Source: a virus (Duplodnaviria; Caudoviricetes). From it: a DNA stretch of 53,267 nt. The DNA lies in the IMG/VR virus record IMGVR_UViG_3300043409_000116, positions 1 through 53,267 of that record; one strand, written 5' to 3'. Numbering within the stretch: the first letter of the stretch is position 1; each line of letters begins with the position of its first letter. The notes below the pieces were generated by a model that worked only from the letters and a program-made list of their open reading frames with translations, made no database searches and had not been told where the DNA came from. Below, in pieces: positions 17,313 through 26,549 of this stretch. The position numbers were made by a program, and so were the translations under genes.

Positions 17313-18610
17313 TTTAACGCCTCCAGTGCGATGTCAGAAATGGCGCGTTTGTCATGGAGCGCCGCCCATATCTTTTCGTCAACCGTTTTGTTTGCCACCA
17401 TGACGTAGCACCACACGTCATGCCGCTGGCCGCTGCGGTGCAGGCGCCCGATGGTCTGCTCGTAGAGTTCCAGCGACCAGGGCAGCGACAAGAAGATGAT
17501 CTTGCTGCCGCCGTGTTGCAGGTTAAGGCCGTGCCCGGCAGACTTAGGATGGGCCAGCAGCAGTTCGACCTTGCCAGCGTTCCAGCGTTCGATGGCGTCT
17601 GGCGCGTCCAGCGTCACGGCGCGAGGGTAGCGGCGCTTGAGTTCGGCCAGCTCCTCCCGGTAGGTGTAGGCGATGATGGTGTTGGCGTGTTGGTTCTCGG
17701 CCAGCAGGTCGTCTAGGGCGTCGAACTTGGTCGAGTCGAACCAGACGGTCGAGTCGCCGTACACGAACCCAGACGCCATCTGTTGCAGTTTGGCCGTGAC
17801 TACGCCAGCGTTGACGGCCACCGCCTGGGCGTTGGGGAACTGCGCCACAAACTCCTTCTTCATCTGGTCGTAGGGCTGGCGGTTGACTAGGTCGAACCGC
17901 ACCGGCACAGTGTGCAGCGGGGGCAGCTTGTCCTTGTACTCGCCCGGCTCCAGCACGAACGTGGCTGGCTTGATCCGCGCCATGACCTGCTCCAGTGCGC
18001 CTGGGCGCGGCTCCCACTGGTTGAAGTCTTTGTTGACCAGGAAGAAGTACTGCTGCTGGAACGCGCCCTTGCTGCGGCCCAGCAGCGCCTGATCGACGAT
18101 CTTGCACTGGCCGAACACGTCTTCTAGGCCGTTGCTGGTGAAACTGCCGGTCAGACCCCAACGGGTACGCACCTCGGTGATGACCTTGTTGAAAGCCTTA
18201 AATCTGGCGCCAGAGGGGTTCTTCAGCCGGGTCAACTCGTCGAACACGACGGCGTCAAAGCCCCACCATCTGCTCCAATGGTCGGCCAACCATTGCAGGT
18301 TGTCGTAGTTGGTCACCACAATCTCAGCGTCTGACCCATCAATCGCAGCCAGCCGCTGCTTGGGCGTTCCGACCGCCACCGCTAGGCTGCGGTGCACGGC
18401 CCACAGCTTGGCCTCGGTCGGCCAGACGCTGACGGCCACACGCAGCGGCGCCACCACCAGGAACCGGCCCACAAGACACTTGCTGATAAGTTCGTCCATA
18501 GCCGTCAGGGCGATGGCGGTCTTGCCTGCGCCGACCGGGGCGAGGATCATGGCCCGGTCGTTCTCATACAGGAAGTCAACTGCCTGTTCTTGGTAGGGTC
18601 GTAAATTCAT
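17309..18610 (-). CDS. SNF2-like SF2 helicase
   Basis: LRPYQ, GAGKT, FDE, GLTGS, GHGLNLQ, Q.IGRL.R.GQ motifs; start at MNLRPYQ. Confidence 0.9.
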   Translation of the reverse strand: MNLRPYQEQAVDFLYENDRAMILAPVGAGKTAIALTAMDELISKCLVGRFLVVAPLRVAVSVWPTEAKLWAVHRSLAVAVGTPKQRLAAIDGSDAEIVVTNYDNLQWLADHWSRWWGFDAVVFDELTRLKNPSGARFKAFNKVITEVRTRWGLTGSFTSNGLEDVFGQCKIVDQALLGRSKGAFQQQYFFLVNKDFNQWEPRPGALEQVMARIKPATFVLEPGEYKDKLPPLHTVPVRFDLVNRQPYDQMKKEFVAQFPNAQAVAVNAGVVTAKLQQMASGFVYGDSTVWFDSTKFDALDDLLAENQHANTIIAYTYREELAELKRRYPRAVTLDAPDAIERWNAGKVELLLAHPKSAGHGLNLQHGGSKIIFLSLPWSLELYEQTIGRLHRSGQRHDVWCYVMVANKTVDEKIWAALHDKRAISDIALEALK

Positions 18611-18851
18611 CCACCTGCTCCTTTGTCCACAGCACACAGTACCGTTGGTTCAGCCGCGCCATGTCGGCGGCAAAGACTTTCTGTAGCGCGGACAGCCGAC
18701 CGCCGAGGGTCTTGACTTCCACGAACCACACCACGCCGCCGGGCAGCACCACGATGCGGTCGGCTGCGCCGCCGTGGCCGCGCCACTTATAGGCTACACC
18801 GCCCAGCGCCTTAACGCGCTTGACGAGGTAGGCTTCGATGTGTTTTTCCAT
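18576..18851 (-). CDS. VRR-NUC domain nuclease
   Basis: EK.IE..L, ADRIV, FVEVK, G.LSALQ motifs next to SNF2 helicase. Confidence 0.85.
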   Translation of the reverse strand: MEKHIEAYLVKRVKALGGVAYKWRGHGGAADRIVVLPGGVVWFVEVKTLGGRLSALQKVFAADMARLNQRYCVLWTKEQVDEFTTLPRTGS

Positions 18852-18948
18852 GCACCAAACTTTAACACAGAAAAAAAGTTTGTGCAGCTTTATTTTTATG
18901 TGCTATGATGGCATCACCCAATTCCGGGTAACAACGAAAGTAGAGTCC
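18852..18948. promoter_or_regulatory. Divergent sigma70-like promoters
   Basis: AT-rich gap between divergent operons; extended -10 TGCTATGAT (18901-18909, +) and TGTTAAAGT (18859-18867, -). Confidence 0.5.
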
Positions 18949-19239
18949 ATGAAGATCAAAGCCACAGTCCACCTCCACTTTATAAAACACTCGTGGGAAC
19001 GTGAGGGCAAGTTCCAAGTGTTTTATTGCCAGCTTGACGACTCTGAGTACCGTACTTACGTCGGCGAGCAAGAAGTCGAGATTGAAATCCCAGACGACTA
19101 CGACCCACGCGCACAACAAGTCGCTGCGCTGGAAAAGCAAAAGCAGAAAGTTATGGCCGACTACCACAAGTCTGTGATGGAAATCAACGACCGCATCAGC
19201 AAACTGCAAGCCCTGGAGTACGACAATGCAGCACAGTAA
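18949..19239 (+). CDS. Hypothetical protein (96 aa)
   Basis: Start at MKIKATV; C-terminal coiled coil. Confidence 0.65.
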   Translation: MKIKATVHLHFIKHSWEREGKFQVFYCQLDDSEYRTYVGEQEVEIEIPDDYDPRAQQVAALEKQKQKVMADYHKSVMEINDRISKLQALEYDNAAQ

Positions 19240-20350
19240 GATTGTCGGCGGCTCGACCGCCAAGCGGGTCATGCACTGCCCCGCAAGTGTGGCCCTGGTG
19301 GCGCAGATGCCGCCACAGGCTGAGAACAAGTTCATGGCCGATGGTACGGCCCTGCACTCTGCCGTTGACCTGTTGGTGAACGACGGCGACGCCAGCGCCT
19401 ACAGCCTGCTGGGCAAGACCTTCAACGGCGTCACGCTGGATGAAGACCACTGCGAGAAACTTAAGACGGCGCTGGCGCTGCTTGACGAGATCGACCCGCT
19501 GGAGCAGATGAACTTCAACACGGAACAGCGGGTTGGCTTTGGCGACCTGCTGCCGGGCGTGTTTGGCTCGACCGACCTGATTGGCCGCATTGGCCCAAGA
19601 GCCATCGTGCTGGACTGGAAGTTCGGAGATGGCGTGATTGTGACCGCCGAGGAGAACGAACAACTCATGTTCTACGCTGCTGCTGCTATGCGGACGCCTG
19701 AGTCATCCTGGGCGTTTGAGGGTGCGACCGAGGTGGAGTGCGTCATCATCCAACCCCCGGCGGTGCGGCGGTGGGTGACCACGCCCGAGCGTATTCGGAC
19801 GTTCGAACGTGATCTGGTGCAGGCCGTCAAGCAGTCGGCCCTGCCTGACGCGCAGCTGTCGGTGGGTGACCACTGCCGGTTCTGCCCGGCCAAGCCCATC
19901 TGCCCACAGATGACAGGCGCTGCCGACCGGGCGCTGGCGACTACGCTGGACAACCTCGACAAGAACCTGATTAGCGACTACCTCAAGAACGCCGACCTGC
20001 TGGAGACTTGGATCACCAGCCTGCGTGAGTTGGCCCTGTCAATGCTGGAGTCGGGTGCTAGACTGCCCGATTACAAGCTGGTTGCCAAAAGGGCAATCAG
20101 ACAATGGACTGACGAGGACAAGGCCAAGGTCGCCCTGTTCGCGTTGGGCCTTGAAGAATCTGAAGTGATGGAGACATCCATACTGTCACCGGCCAAGGCT
20201 GAAAAGGCGCTCAAAAAGCGCAAGATCGCTTTGCCGACTGATTTGGTTGTTGCCGTCAGTTCGGGTAGTACCCTGGCAAGCGCGGATGACCCGCGCCCCG
20301 AGGTGCTTTTGCTGGGCAAACAACTTGCCCGTCTTTCTAAACTAAGTTAA
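19226..20350 (+). CDS. DUF2800-like / Cas4-like PD-(D/E)xK exonuclease
   Basis: GT.LH, FGSTD, DWKFG, QL.FYA, HCRFCPAK..CP motifs. Confidence 0.85.
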   Translation: MQHSKIVGGSTAKRVMHCPASVALVAQMPPQAENKFMADGTALHSAVDLLVNDGDASAYSLLGKTFNGVTLDEDHCEKLKTALALLDEIDPLEQMNFNTEQRVGFGDLLPGVFGSTDLIGRIGPRAIVLDWKFGDGVIVTAEENEQLMFYAAAAMRTPESSWAFEGATEVECVIIQPPAVRRWVTTPERIRTFERDLVQAVKQSALPDAQLSVGDHCRFCPAKPICPQMTGAADRALATTLDNLDKNLISDYLKNADLLETWITSLRELALSMLESGARLPDYKLVAKRAIRQWTDEDKAKVALFALGLEESEVMETSILSPAKAEKALKKRKIALPTDLVVAVSSGSTLASADDPRPEVLLLGKQLARLSKLS

Positions 20351-20358
20351 GGTAAAAA

Positions 20359-20979
20359 ATGTCTAATCTCTCAGTGTTCTCCAAGGCTGGTCTGCCAGCT
20401 ATTAGTACTCTCTCCTCCGCTCTCAAGAGCATCAGCGCAAGCGCAGGCCCGGTGGGTGTCGTTATCCTTAAAATGGATAAGGGCGGTCATTGGGTCTTCG
20501 GCGCAGACCAGACCGAGGTCGAGGACGACTCGACCTGGGCCGTCAATCCTTTCTCCTTTGTCCACGGCTTTATCGCCTGGGGCGACGGTGAAGTGCTTGG
20601 CGAGAAGATGGTCGCGGTCAGCCAGCCGCTGCCCGAGATCGACGAGCCGCCACCCGGCGCCAAGAAAGGCTGGGAGCAGCAGATCGGCATGAGCCTCAAG
20701 TGCTTGACCGGCGACGATGCTGGCATGGAAGCGCGGTTTACGACCACTTCGGTGGGCGGCAAGCGCGGCGTCCAGACCATCGCCGCTGCGCTGGCCGAGC
20801 AGGTTGACGTTGATCAGACGAGGCCAGTGCCGGTGGTCCGGCTGAAGAAGGACCATTACCAGCACAAGTCCTACGGCAAAATCTACACGCCAATCTTTGA
20901 GATTGTCGAGTGGATCAGTATGGAAGGTGAGCCAGAGGCGCCGCCAGCCGGGCGCCGTCGTCGCGTAGCGGCAGCGTAA
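20359..20979 (+). CDS. Putative ssDNA-binding/annealing protein
   Basis: Between DUF2800-like nuclease and PolA; Y.HK.YGKIYTP.F motif. Confidence 0.55.
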   Translation: MSNLSVFSKAGLPAISTLSSALKSISASAGPVGVVILKMDKGGHWVFGADQTEVEDDSTWAVNPFSFVHGFIAWGDGEVLGEKMVAVSQPLPEIDEPPPGAKKGWEQQIGMSLKCLTGDDAGMEARFTTTSVGGKRGVQTIAAALAEQVDVDQTRPVPVVRLKKDHYQHKSYGKIYTPIFEIVEWISMEGEPEAPPAGRRRRVAAA

Positions 20980-21020
20980 GCCGTTTTCTGATGCCCATTC
21001 GCAAGAGTGGGCATTGGAAA

Positions 21021-22892
21021 ATGATCTGGCTTGATTTTGAAACCCGCTCCCACTGTGACCTAAAGAGTCGCGGCGTCTACAACTACGCGCAAGACCTCAC
21101 GACCGAGGTGCTGTGTATGTCCTACGCCGTCGATGATGGTGAGGTGCAGACGTGGACGGCAGGCCCACTACCTGACTTCACCGGCCACCGCATCATGGCG
21201 CACAACGCTGCCTTTGAGCGGTTGATCTGCTGGTACGTCTTGCAGGTCAACATCCCGTTGGAGTCTTTCTACTGCACCGCCGCGCAGGCCCGTGCCAACT
21301 GCGCGCCAGGGTCGCTGGAGGACGTGGGCCGGTTCATGGGCGCGTCCATGAAGAAGGACCACCGGGGCGCTGCCCTCATCCGCAAGATGTGCGTCCCGCC
21401 CTTCCAAGAGTCGGCTGAGCTGACCGCCGAGATGATCCAGTATTGCGAACAAGACGTTCGCGCCATGAGGGCCATCAGCCAGGCCATGCGCCCCCTGTCC
21501 GAGGAGGAGCTGGCCGACTACCACGTCAACGAGCGCATCAACGACCGGGGCGTCCTGGTCGATGTGCCGCTCTGCCGCGCAGCGGTGTCCTACGCCGCCA
21601 CAGAGGCCGCTGAGATCGCCGAGATCGTCAAGGAGGTGTCCAAGGGTGAGCTGACCTCGGTGCGCTCGCCTAAGATGCGCCAGTGGGTCTGGGACCGTGT
21701 CGGCCCCGAGGCCCGTGCCCTGATGACCAAGGACGACAAGGTCAGCATCGACAAGACCGTGAGAGCCAACCTGCTTAACTGTGACGGAGTACCGCCAGAT
21801 GTCCAAGAAATCATCCAGTGCGCCGACGACCTCTGGGCCTCTTCCGTTGCTAAATTCGGACGCTTGGCGAGCCTTGCAGATCAAGAAGATGACCGAGTAC
21901 GAGGCGCGTTTGTCTTTGCTGGAGGTTCAGCTACAGGTCGGGCCTCAAGTTATGGGGCGCAAGTCCACAATTTCACTCGGGAGTGCGCTGAGAGTCCTCA
22001 AGATGTTAGGGATGCAATCGTCCGAGGCCACCAGATTGTTCCCAAGTACGGACGACGAATCACCGACGTACTGCGGGGGATGCTACGGCCCTCACTGATC
22101 CCGGCCAAGGGCCAGCAGTTCGTCGTTGCCGACTGGTCATCCATTGAGGCTAGGGTCAACCCTTGGTTGTCTGGTACGGGTCAGGCCAAGCTAGACGTGT
22201 TCACCTCGGGCCTCGACCCGTACATTGTCAACGCTGCTGCCACGTTCAACTGCGACTATGCGGCGGTTGTCCCCGCCCAGCGTCAGATCGGCAAGGTGCA
22301 GGAGTTGGCCTGCGGGTTCGCTGGTGGGATCGGCGCCTTCGCCGCGATGGGCCGGGTCTATCGGGTTGACCTGCCCGAGTCGGATGCGAGGCGCATGGTG
22401 GACGCTTGGCGCCGCGCCAATCAGTGGGCCGTGGGCTTCTGGCAAGCGCTTGAGCAGCAGTACACCAGGGCCATGCGGAACAAGGGGCAGGAGTTCACCG
22501 CCGGGCGGGTAACGTACCTGTTTGACGGGCGGCATCTCTGGTATTCTTTGCCTTCGGGCCGAGTGCTTTGCTACCCGTTTGCCCGGCTGGAGGACGACGG
22601 CATCAGCTATGCCAAGTCAGCTTGGAAGCCTGCCCAGGACGCCACCGAGTGGCCCCGCGCCCGGCTGTGGCGCGGTCTGGCTTGCGAGAACGTCACTCAG
22701 GCGGTTGCCAATGACCTGCTGCGCTACGCGCTGCGGCAGCTTGATGGTGTGGTGCTGCACGTCCACGACGAGATCGTCGTTGAGGGCGGTTCAGAAGATG
22801 AAGTGCGTAGGGTGATGACCACGCCGCCAGCTTGGGCCACTGGCCTGCCGTTGGCAGTTGGAATCAAATCGATGCCGCGATACGGCAAATAA
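21021..22892 (+). CDS. polA: DNA polymerase family A (APSE-like) with 3'-5' exonuclease
   Basis: LDFET, AHNAAFER, YC.QDV, ATGR, DWSSIEAR, RQIGK, VHDE motifs; start at ATG 21021. Confidence 0.92.
   Translation: MIWLDFETRSHCDLKSRGVYNYAQDLTTEVLCMSYAVDDGEVQTWTAGPLPDFTGHRIMAHNAAFERLICWYVLQVNIPLESFYCTAAQARANCAPGSLEDVGRFMGASMKKDHRGAALIRKMCVPPFQESAELTAEMIQYCEQDVRAMRAISQAMRPLSEEELADYHVNERINDRGVLVDVPLCRAAVSYAATEAAEIAEIVKEVSKGELTSVRSPKMRQWVWDRVGPEARALMTKDDKVSIDKTVRANLLNCDGVPPDVQEIIQCADDLWASSVAKFGRLASLADQEDDRVRGAFVFAGGSATGRASSYGAQVHNFTRECAESPQDVRDAIVRGHQIVPKYGRRITDVLRGMLRPSLIPAKGQQFVVADWSSIEARVNPWLSGTGQAKLDVFTSGLDPYIVNAAATFNCDYAAVVPAQRQIGKVQELACGFAGGIGAFAAMGRVYRVDLPESDARRMVDAWRRANQWAVGFWQALEQQYTRAMRNKGQEFTAGRVTYLFDGRHLWYSLPSGRVLCYPFARLEDDGISYAKSAWKPAQDATEWPRARLWRGLACENVTQAVANDLLRYALRQLDGVVLHVHDEIVVEGGSEDEVRRVMTTPPAWATGLPLAVGIKSMPRYGK
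21799..22098 (+). CDS. Candidate overprinted gene (+1 frame inside polA), 99 aa
   Basis: GGAG 9 nt upstream of ATG; polA codon usage shifts to A/T-ending codons over this interval. Confidence 0.45.
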   Translation: MSKKSSSAPTTSGPLPLLNSDAWRALQIKKMTEYEARLSLLEVQLQVGPQVMGRKSTISLGSALRVLKMLGMQSSEATRLFPSTDDESPTYCGGCYGPH

Positions 22893-22917
22893 AAACGCCG
22901 CCCGGTCAGGGGCGGCG
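22891..22917 (-). terminator. GC hairpin with U-tract on minus strand
   Basis: CGCCGCCC-ggtcag-GGGCGGCG preceded by AAAAA on plus strand. Confidence 0.45.
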
Positions 22918-22930
22918 CAAAGGAGGCAAC

Positions 22931-25207
22931 GTGCAATTTTTAGAGTTTATCACGGCTCTCGCGCCCGTGGGCGAGACAATGCTGTTTGTGCGCCAAAAAC
23001 CACAGATGCGTGGCGGCGAGATGCAGTTCCATCTTGACGGGGCCGTCAAGGCCACTTGGCCGTCGTACTTGCCCTCGCACGGCGTTCGTGCTGGCGAGGC
23101 GTGGTATGGCAACACCGCCTCGTTCATTCTCGACCGCTTTGAAGATGGCCGGGTGTCAGCCAGCGCGGCCAATTGTGAGTACTGCGCCGTCATGGTGCTG
23201 GACGACATTGGTTCCAAGAGCAAGACCCCGCCGCTGCCGCCGACGTGGATCATGGAAACCTCGGCAGGCAACTTCCAGTACGGCTACGTCTTCAGCGAAC
23301 AGCCGCCCAAGGGCGAGTTCGCCGCCGCCATCAAGGCCATCGCCGCTGCGGGTTACACCGATTCCGGCGCCTGCAACCCCGTCCGCAACTTTCGACTGCC
23401 GGGGTCGGTCAACCTCAAGCCGGACAAGGCCAAGTTTGCTTCTGCTTTAGTCGAGTTCCACCCCGAGCGCGAGTTCGTACTGGCCGACATCTGCGCCGCC
23501 CTGGACGTGGAGCCTGGCCCGGCTGAGTCTGGTGGCCCCCGCCCGATTCGTATGGCCGACGACGGTGCCGATGATGTGCTGGCGTGGCTCTCTGGCCAGG
23601 GTCTGCTGCTCTCGCGCCCGAATGCCGAGGGCTGGGCCGGTGTGGTCTGCCCCAACAGCGCGGAGCATACCGACGGCAATCCCGAGGGCCGCTACATGCC
23701 GCTGAACCGGGCCTACTGCTGTATGCATGGCCACTGCGTCGATCTGGACAGCAACACCTTTATGACGTGGGTCGCCGACCAGGGCGGTCCCCGTCACGCC
23801 CCCGGCCTGCGCGACGACCTGATGGCTGCGCGTCTGGAGCTGGCCTTGGCCAAGCTCAGACCCAGCACCGAGTTCCCCGACGCCGCCGCCGAGGTCATCG
23901 CCGAGGTCGAACGCAAAGAATTAGGCCGGGTCGAGAAGTCGGGTTGGTATTCCCGCTTCGCATACCTCCAAGACGATGAGGCTTTCTTTGATATGCAGGA
24001 CCGCCGTGAGCTGTCCCGCAACACCTTCAACGCCTTGTTTCGCCACATCAAGTGCGTCTCCATCCACTCCACCGGCAAGGCACCCCGCCGAGTCGAGGCC
24101 AGCGTCTGCTATGACGAGAACCGCCAGGCGGCTGGCGCCCGGTCCTTGGTCGGCGTCACCTACGCTGCGGGTGAGCCGGTGCTGGTCACCAGGGACGGGC
24201 TGGTGTACGGCAACCGCTGGCGCAACTCGCGCCCGGCGCCTGTGGCTTGTGACGTGAGCCGCTGGCTGCGTCACGCCGAGCGGATGCTGCCGATTGAGTT
24301 CGAGCGTGAGCATCTTCTGAACGTGTTGGCCCATAAAATTCAATACCCCGGCCACAAAATCAACCACGCCGTCCTATTGGGTGGCAAGCCAGGCTCCGGC
24401 AAGGACAGCCTCTTCGCCCCCTTTTTCTGGGCCATTGGCGGCGCCGCCAAGCTGAACTGCGCCGTCGTCAAGAATGATGACCTCACGTCGCAGTGGGGCT
24501 ACGGGCTAGAGTGCGAGGTTATGGAGATCGCCGAGCTACGCCAGGCCGAGGCCAGGGACCGCCGGGCGTTGGAGAACCACCTCAAGCCCATCATCGCCGC
24601 CCCGCCCGAGTACCTGCCCGTCAACAGGAAGGGCTTGCACCCATACATGGCCCTGAACCGAGTGCTAGTGGTCGCCTTCTCGAATGAGCGCGTGGCGATC
24701 AGCTTGCCCTCGGACGACCGCCGATGGTTCGTCGCGTGGGCCGAGGCCGGGCGCCTGCCGGAGAGTGAGGCCGTCGCCTTGTGGAACTGGTATCACCACC
24801 GGGGCGGCTTTGCAGGCGTGGCGGCGTGGCTGACTGCGCGTGATGTATCCGCTTTTAACCCGTCGGCCCCGCCGCCCATGACCGAGGCCAAGGCCATTTT
24901 GGTCGAGGCCGGTATGTCAACCGCCGAGTCGGTGCTGGTCGAGATGCTCCGCGACCGCCGGGGGCCGTTCGCGGCTGGCGTGATCGGGTCGCCCTTCCAC
25001 GTCATCTGCGACCGGGTGCAGGGGTCGGGCGCAGCCCCGCCCGGCATTAAAATCGTCCAGGGCGCCCTCTTCCATGCCCTGCGTGAGGCCGGTTGGCTAG
25101 ATATGGGGCTAGTACACTCCCGCGAGTTCAACGCTAAAAAACACGTCTTCGTGGCGCCCGAGATGGTCAACATGACCCGGTCGGAGATGCGTCGCGCCGT
25201 GGCATGA
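22931..25207 (+). CDS. Primase-helicase (RepB-like primase + Zn finger + DUF5906-like NTPase)
   Basis: AAGGAGG RBS + GTG; VLDD, ETSAGNFQ, RLPGS.N, CP...H...C.HGHC, Walker A GKPGSGKD. Confidence 0.85.
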   Translation: MQFLEFITALAPVGETMLFVRQKPQMRGGEMQFHLDGAVKATWPSYLPSHGVRAGEAWYGNTASFILDRFEDGRVSASAANCEYCAVMVLDDIGSKSKTPPLPPTWIMETSAGNFQYGYVFSEQPPKGEFAAAIKAIAAAGYTDSGACNPVRNFRLPGSVNLKPDKAKFASALVEFHPEREFVLADICAALDVEPGPAESGGPRPIRMADDGADDVLAWLSGQGLLLSRPNAEGWAGVVCPNSAEHTDGNPEGRYMPLNRAYCCMHGHCVDLDSNTFMTWVADQGGPRHAPGLRDDLMAARLELALAKLRPSTEFPDAAAEVIAEVERKELGRVEKSGWYSRFAYLQDDEAFFDMQDRRELSRNTFNALFRHIKCVSIHSTGKAPRRVEASVCYDENRQAAGARSLVGVTYAAGEPVLVTRDGLVYGNRWRNSRPAPVACDVSRWLRHAERMLPIEFEREHLLNVLAHKIQYPGHKINHAVLLGGKPGSGKDSLFAPFFWAIGGAAKLNCAVVKNDDLTSQWGYGLECEVMEIAELRQAEARDRRALENHLKPIIAAPPEYLPVNRKGLHPYMALNRVLVVAFSNERVAISLPSDDRRWFVAWAEAGRLPESEAVALWNWYHHRGGFAGVAAWLTARDVSAFNPSAPPPMTEAKAILVEAGMSTAESVLVEMLRDRRGPFAAGVIGSPFHVICDRVQGSGAAPPGIKIVQGALFHALREAGWLDMGLVHSREFNAKKHVFVAPEMVNMTRSEMRRAVA

Positions 25208-25226
25208 AAAAAGCCCCTCGCGGGGC
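25207..25226 (-). terminator. Intrinsic terminator ending leftward early operon
   Basis: GCCCC-GCGA-GGGGC-TTTTTT on minus strand at convergence point. Confidence 0.65.
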
Positions 25227-25283
25227 CTATAGGTTGAAGAGCACCGCTATCAGCGCGGCGAGCAGCGCGGCCGCTAAGAGCAT
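25227..25283 (-). CDS. Candidate 18-aa hydrophobic peptide MLLAAALLAALIAVLFNL
   Basis: Translated by hand; fills gap between last ORF and terminator; weak RBS. Confidence 0.35.
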   Translation of the reverse strand: MLLAAALLAALIAVLFNL

Positions 25284-25492
25284 GGGCGCCCCCAGGCGTC
25301 GGCTAGGGCCGTGAAGGTGACGCCCGGCCCGGCTGGCTGGCCGAACAGGCCCGGCCCTCGCCGGATGCGCCCCCAGGCGTCGAGCCGGTTAAGGTTGACT
25401 AGGTCGCCGCGCTTGACCGCGCCGTACACTTGATCGCGAGTCCAGCCGTCGGCCAGCAGTTCCTGCATGGTCTTAGGGTCGGTCAGGCGCAT
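25274..25492 (-). CDS. Hypothetical protein (72 aa)
   Basis: GGAGG RBS. Confidence 0.6.
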   Translation of the reverse strand: MRLTDPKTMQELLADGWTRDQVYGAVKRGDLVNLNRLDAWGRIRRGPGLFGQPAGPGVTFTALADAWGRPCS

Positions 25493-25659
25493 AGTCCCTC
25501 CGCATAGGCCAGGGCGTCGGCCTTCAGGGTGAAGAGCCGCGCCGGGCCTACTAGCTGGCCGGAGTCGTCGTCGCGCAGCAGGACGCGCCAGCGCCCGTCG
25601 TCGGTCTGCATGACCTCGCTGGTGATCATAAACTCGACGTTGAAAAATTCAATCCTCAT
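25483..25659 (-). CDS. Hypothetical protein (58 aa, MRIEFFNVEF...)
   Basis: Translated by hand; GGAGG RBS. Confidence 0.6.
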   Translation of the reverse strand: MRIEFFNVEFMITSEVMQTDDGRWRVLLRDDDSGQLVGPARLFTLKADALAYAEGLCA

Positions 25660-25972
25660 AGCAGACCTCCATGCTATCTTCGCCCTCGGGCAGGGTCAGG
25701 CGGTCGCTGAGTGAATCGTAGAACCCGGCCAGGGTATTGTCGAGGCCGTATGGTGACCCTTGCAGTCTGGGCCAGCGGCCAGAATTCAAGGCGTAGTACT
25801 GCGCGACATAGTCGGCGGTGCTAACCGCGCCGTCGGTAGGGTACAGGCGCCGCTCCGGCCCCTTTGATTTGACCGGCTTGTGCTTGCCGGTCAGTTTGAG
25901 AATGTCACTTAGGAATGAGTGCCGGTCATCGCGCACGACATACCGGGCGCGGTTGAGGGTGATGGTTTTCAT
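25649..25972 (-). CDS. Hypothetical protein (107 aa)
   Basis: GGAG RBS, overlap coupling. Confidence 0.65.
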   Translation of the reverse strand: MKTITLNRARYVVRDDRHSFLSDILKLTGKHKPVKSKGPERRLYPTDGAVSTADYVAQYYALNSGRWPRLQGSPYGLDNTLAGFYDSLSDRLTLPEGEDSMEVCYED

Positions 25973-26181
25973 TGTGTGTTCTCCAAAAAATAGTTAGGGT
26001 GACGGCCAGTGATAACGATATCCTCATGCTGCCAAGCGCGGTCGATGAACGCGCGCGCGGCGTCGGGCGGCGCTGATTTGTAGACGTACCGTTTCTGATC
26101 GTGCCAGATATCCACGGTCCCGCGCTGGTGCGCGTCGGTGTAACCGGGCGCCCCCGCCCGGTAAGTGATGATGTGTTTCAT
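25969..26181 (-). CDS. Hypothetical protein (70 aa, MKHIITY...)
   Basis: ATGA overlap, GGAGG RBS. Confidence 0.6.
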   Translation of the reverse strand: MKHIITYRAGAPGYTDAHQRGTVDIWHDQKRYVYKSAPPDAARAFIDRAWQHEDIVITGRHPNYFLENTQ

Positions 26182-26486
26182 GCTTCCTCCACACTGAAAT
26201 ATTGAGCGATAACGTCGGCGTCGATGCCTGAGTCTTCGCACCACGCTAGGGCTTCAGTCGGGGTCATGGCCTGAATGCCGTGGCCGCCAGACATACCATT
26301 ACTCCCGCATGGTCGCGACCAGCGACTGTATGCGCCGCCCGTGCCTTGGACAAAAAATGCCCCTTTAGGGGTGCGATATAAGTCTGTATCCTCAAAATGG
26401 AAGTCGCCTCGATGGCTGTGGACGTGGCTGCCGATGCGCGTGGCGGTGTCGGTGTTGTAGATTTTGCCGTTGATAATTTTCTTCAT
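26178..26486 (-). CDS. Hypothetical protein (MKKIINGKIYNTDTA...LYRTPKGAFF)
   Basis: 102 aa; family motif recalled from phages/MGEs. Confidence 0.7.
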   Translation of the reverse strand: MKKIINGKIYNTDTATRIGSHVHSHRGDFHFEDTDLYRTPKGAFFVQGTGGAYSRWSRPCGSNGMSGGHGIQAMTPTEALAWCEDSGIDADVIAQYFSVEEA

Positions 26487-26549
26487 AGTGTACTTTCTAG
26501 GTTATTGGCATGAGTGCCCATGAGCGGTCGAGCGGCCGCTCATAGTCCA

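Noticed and set aside
19226-20350. Cas4 as part of a CRISPR system
   Set aside because: Standard DUF2800-like replication/recombination nuclease; no cas1/cas2 or array
21168-21884. Long antisense ORFs in polA, helicase, portal and nozzle genes
   Set aside because: Expected from GC3-biased sense codons; no RBS or operon context
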